NCBI GenBank assembly: GCA_037384885.1
Contig: JARRNO010000013.1
Location: 1-37,017, forward strand
Length of the DNA stretch: 37,017 nt
DNA from: Acidobacteriota bacterium
GTDB taxonomy: Bacteria; Acidobacteriota; UBA4820; DSQY01
Direction of reading: 5' to 3'
Shown: piece after piece, positions 37,017-37,017 of the stretch
Layout: every line of letters begins with the position of its first letter
How positions within the stretch are numbered: position 1 is the stretch's first letter
Position numbers and translations under genes: made by a program
The notes under the pieces: generated by a model
The model's database searches: none
The model's input: the letters and a program-made list of their open reading frames with translations, nothing else
What the model was told of the DNA's origin: nothing

Positions 37017-37017
37017 G

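Noticed and set aside
1-37017. tRNA/rRNA genes, CRISPR arrays, transposases, integrases, prophage or defence genes
   Set aside because: None recognised. The intergenic regions are short and show no repeat-spacer periodicity or cloverleaf.

Overview
A GC-rich bacterial chromosomal segment, mostly housekeeping genes. Gene content and order suggest a diderm such as Acidobacteriota or a deltaproteobacteria-like lineage (inference only). Bases 1-20.3 kb are a long + strand run: DUF374 (partial), yicC, gmk, rpoZ, LysM lipoprotein, phoH, 7TM-HD phosphodiesterase, ybeY, CorC/HlyC, MTH1187, rplY, pth, pheST, zapB-like, zapA, rny, ymdB, a hypothetical, a TPR-Clp ATPase, and a small redox operon. An AT-rich spacer holding a XerC/XerD dif-like site follows. 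Then come elbB-like and nrnA (-), a WcaJ-like transferase with an L-Ara4N (arn) cluster, a broken DUF3857 gene, an MIO ammonia-lyase, and amidase-GerMN-murI-rph (-). The main finding is the four-gene operon DUF2892 / tiny membrane protein / trxA / FmdB zinc ribbon. It has two in-frame TGA codons at redox-motif-like positions, each followed by a SECIS-like hairpin, so it probably encodes two selenoproteins that the ORF track truncates. Other notable points are the dif-like site, an RNase Y with HE in place of HD, an Ala-Cys-Gly MIO lyase, a Cys-less ElbB, and several apparent internal deletions that may be real or assembly artefacts.
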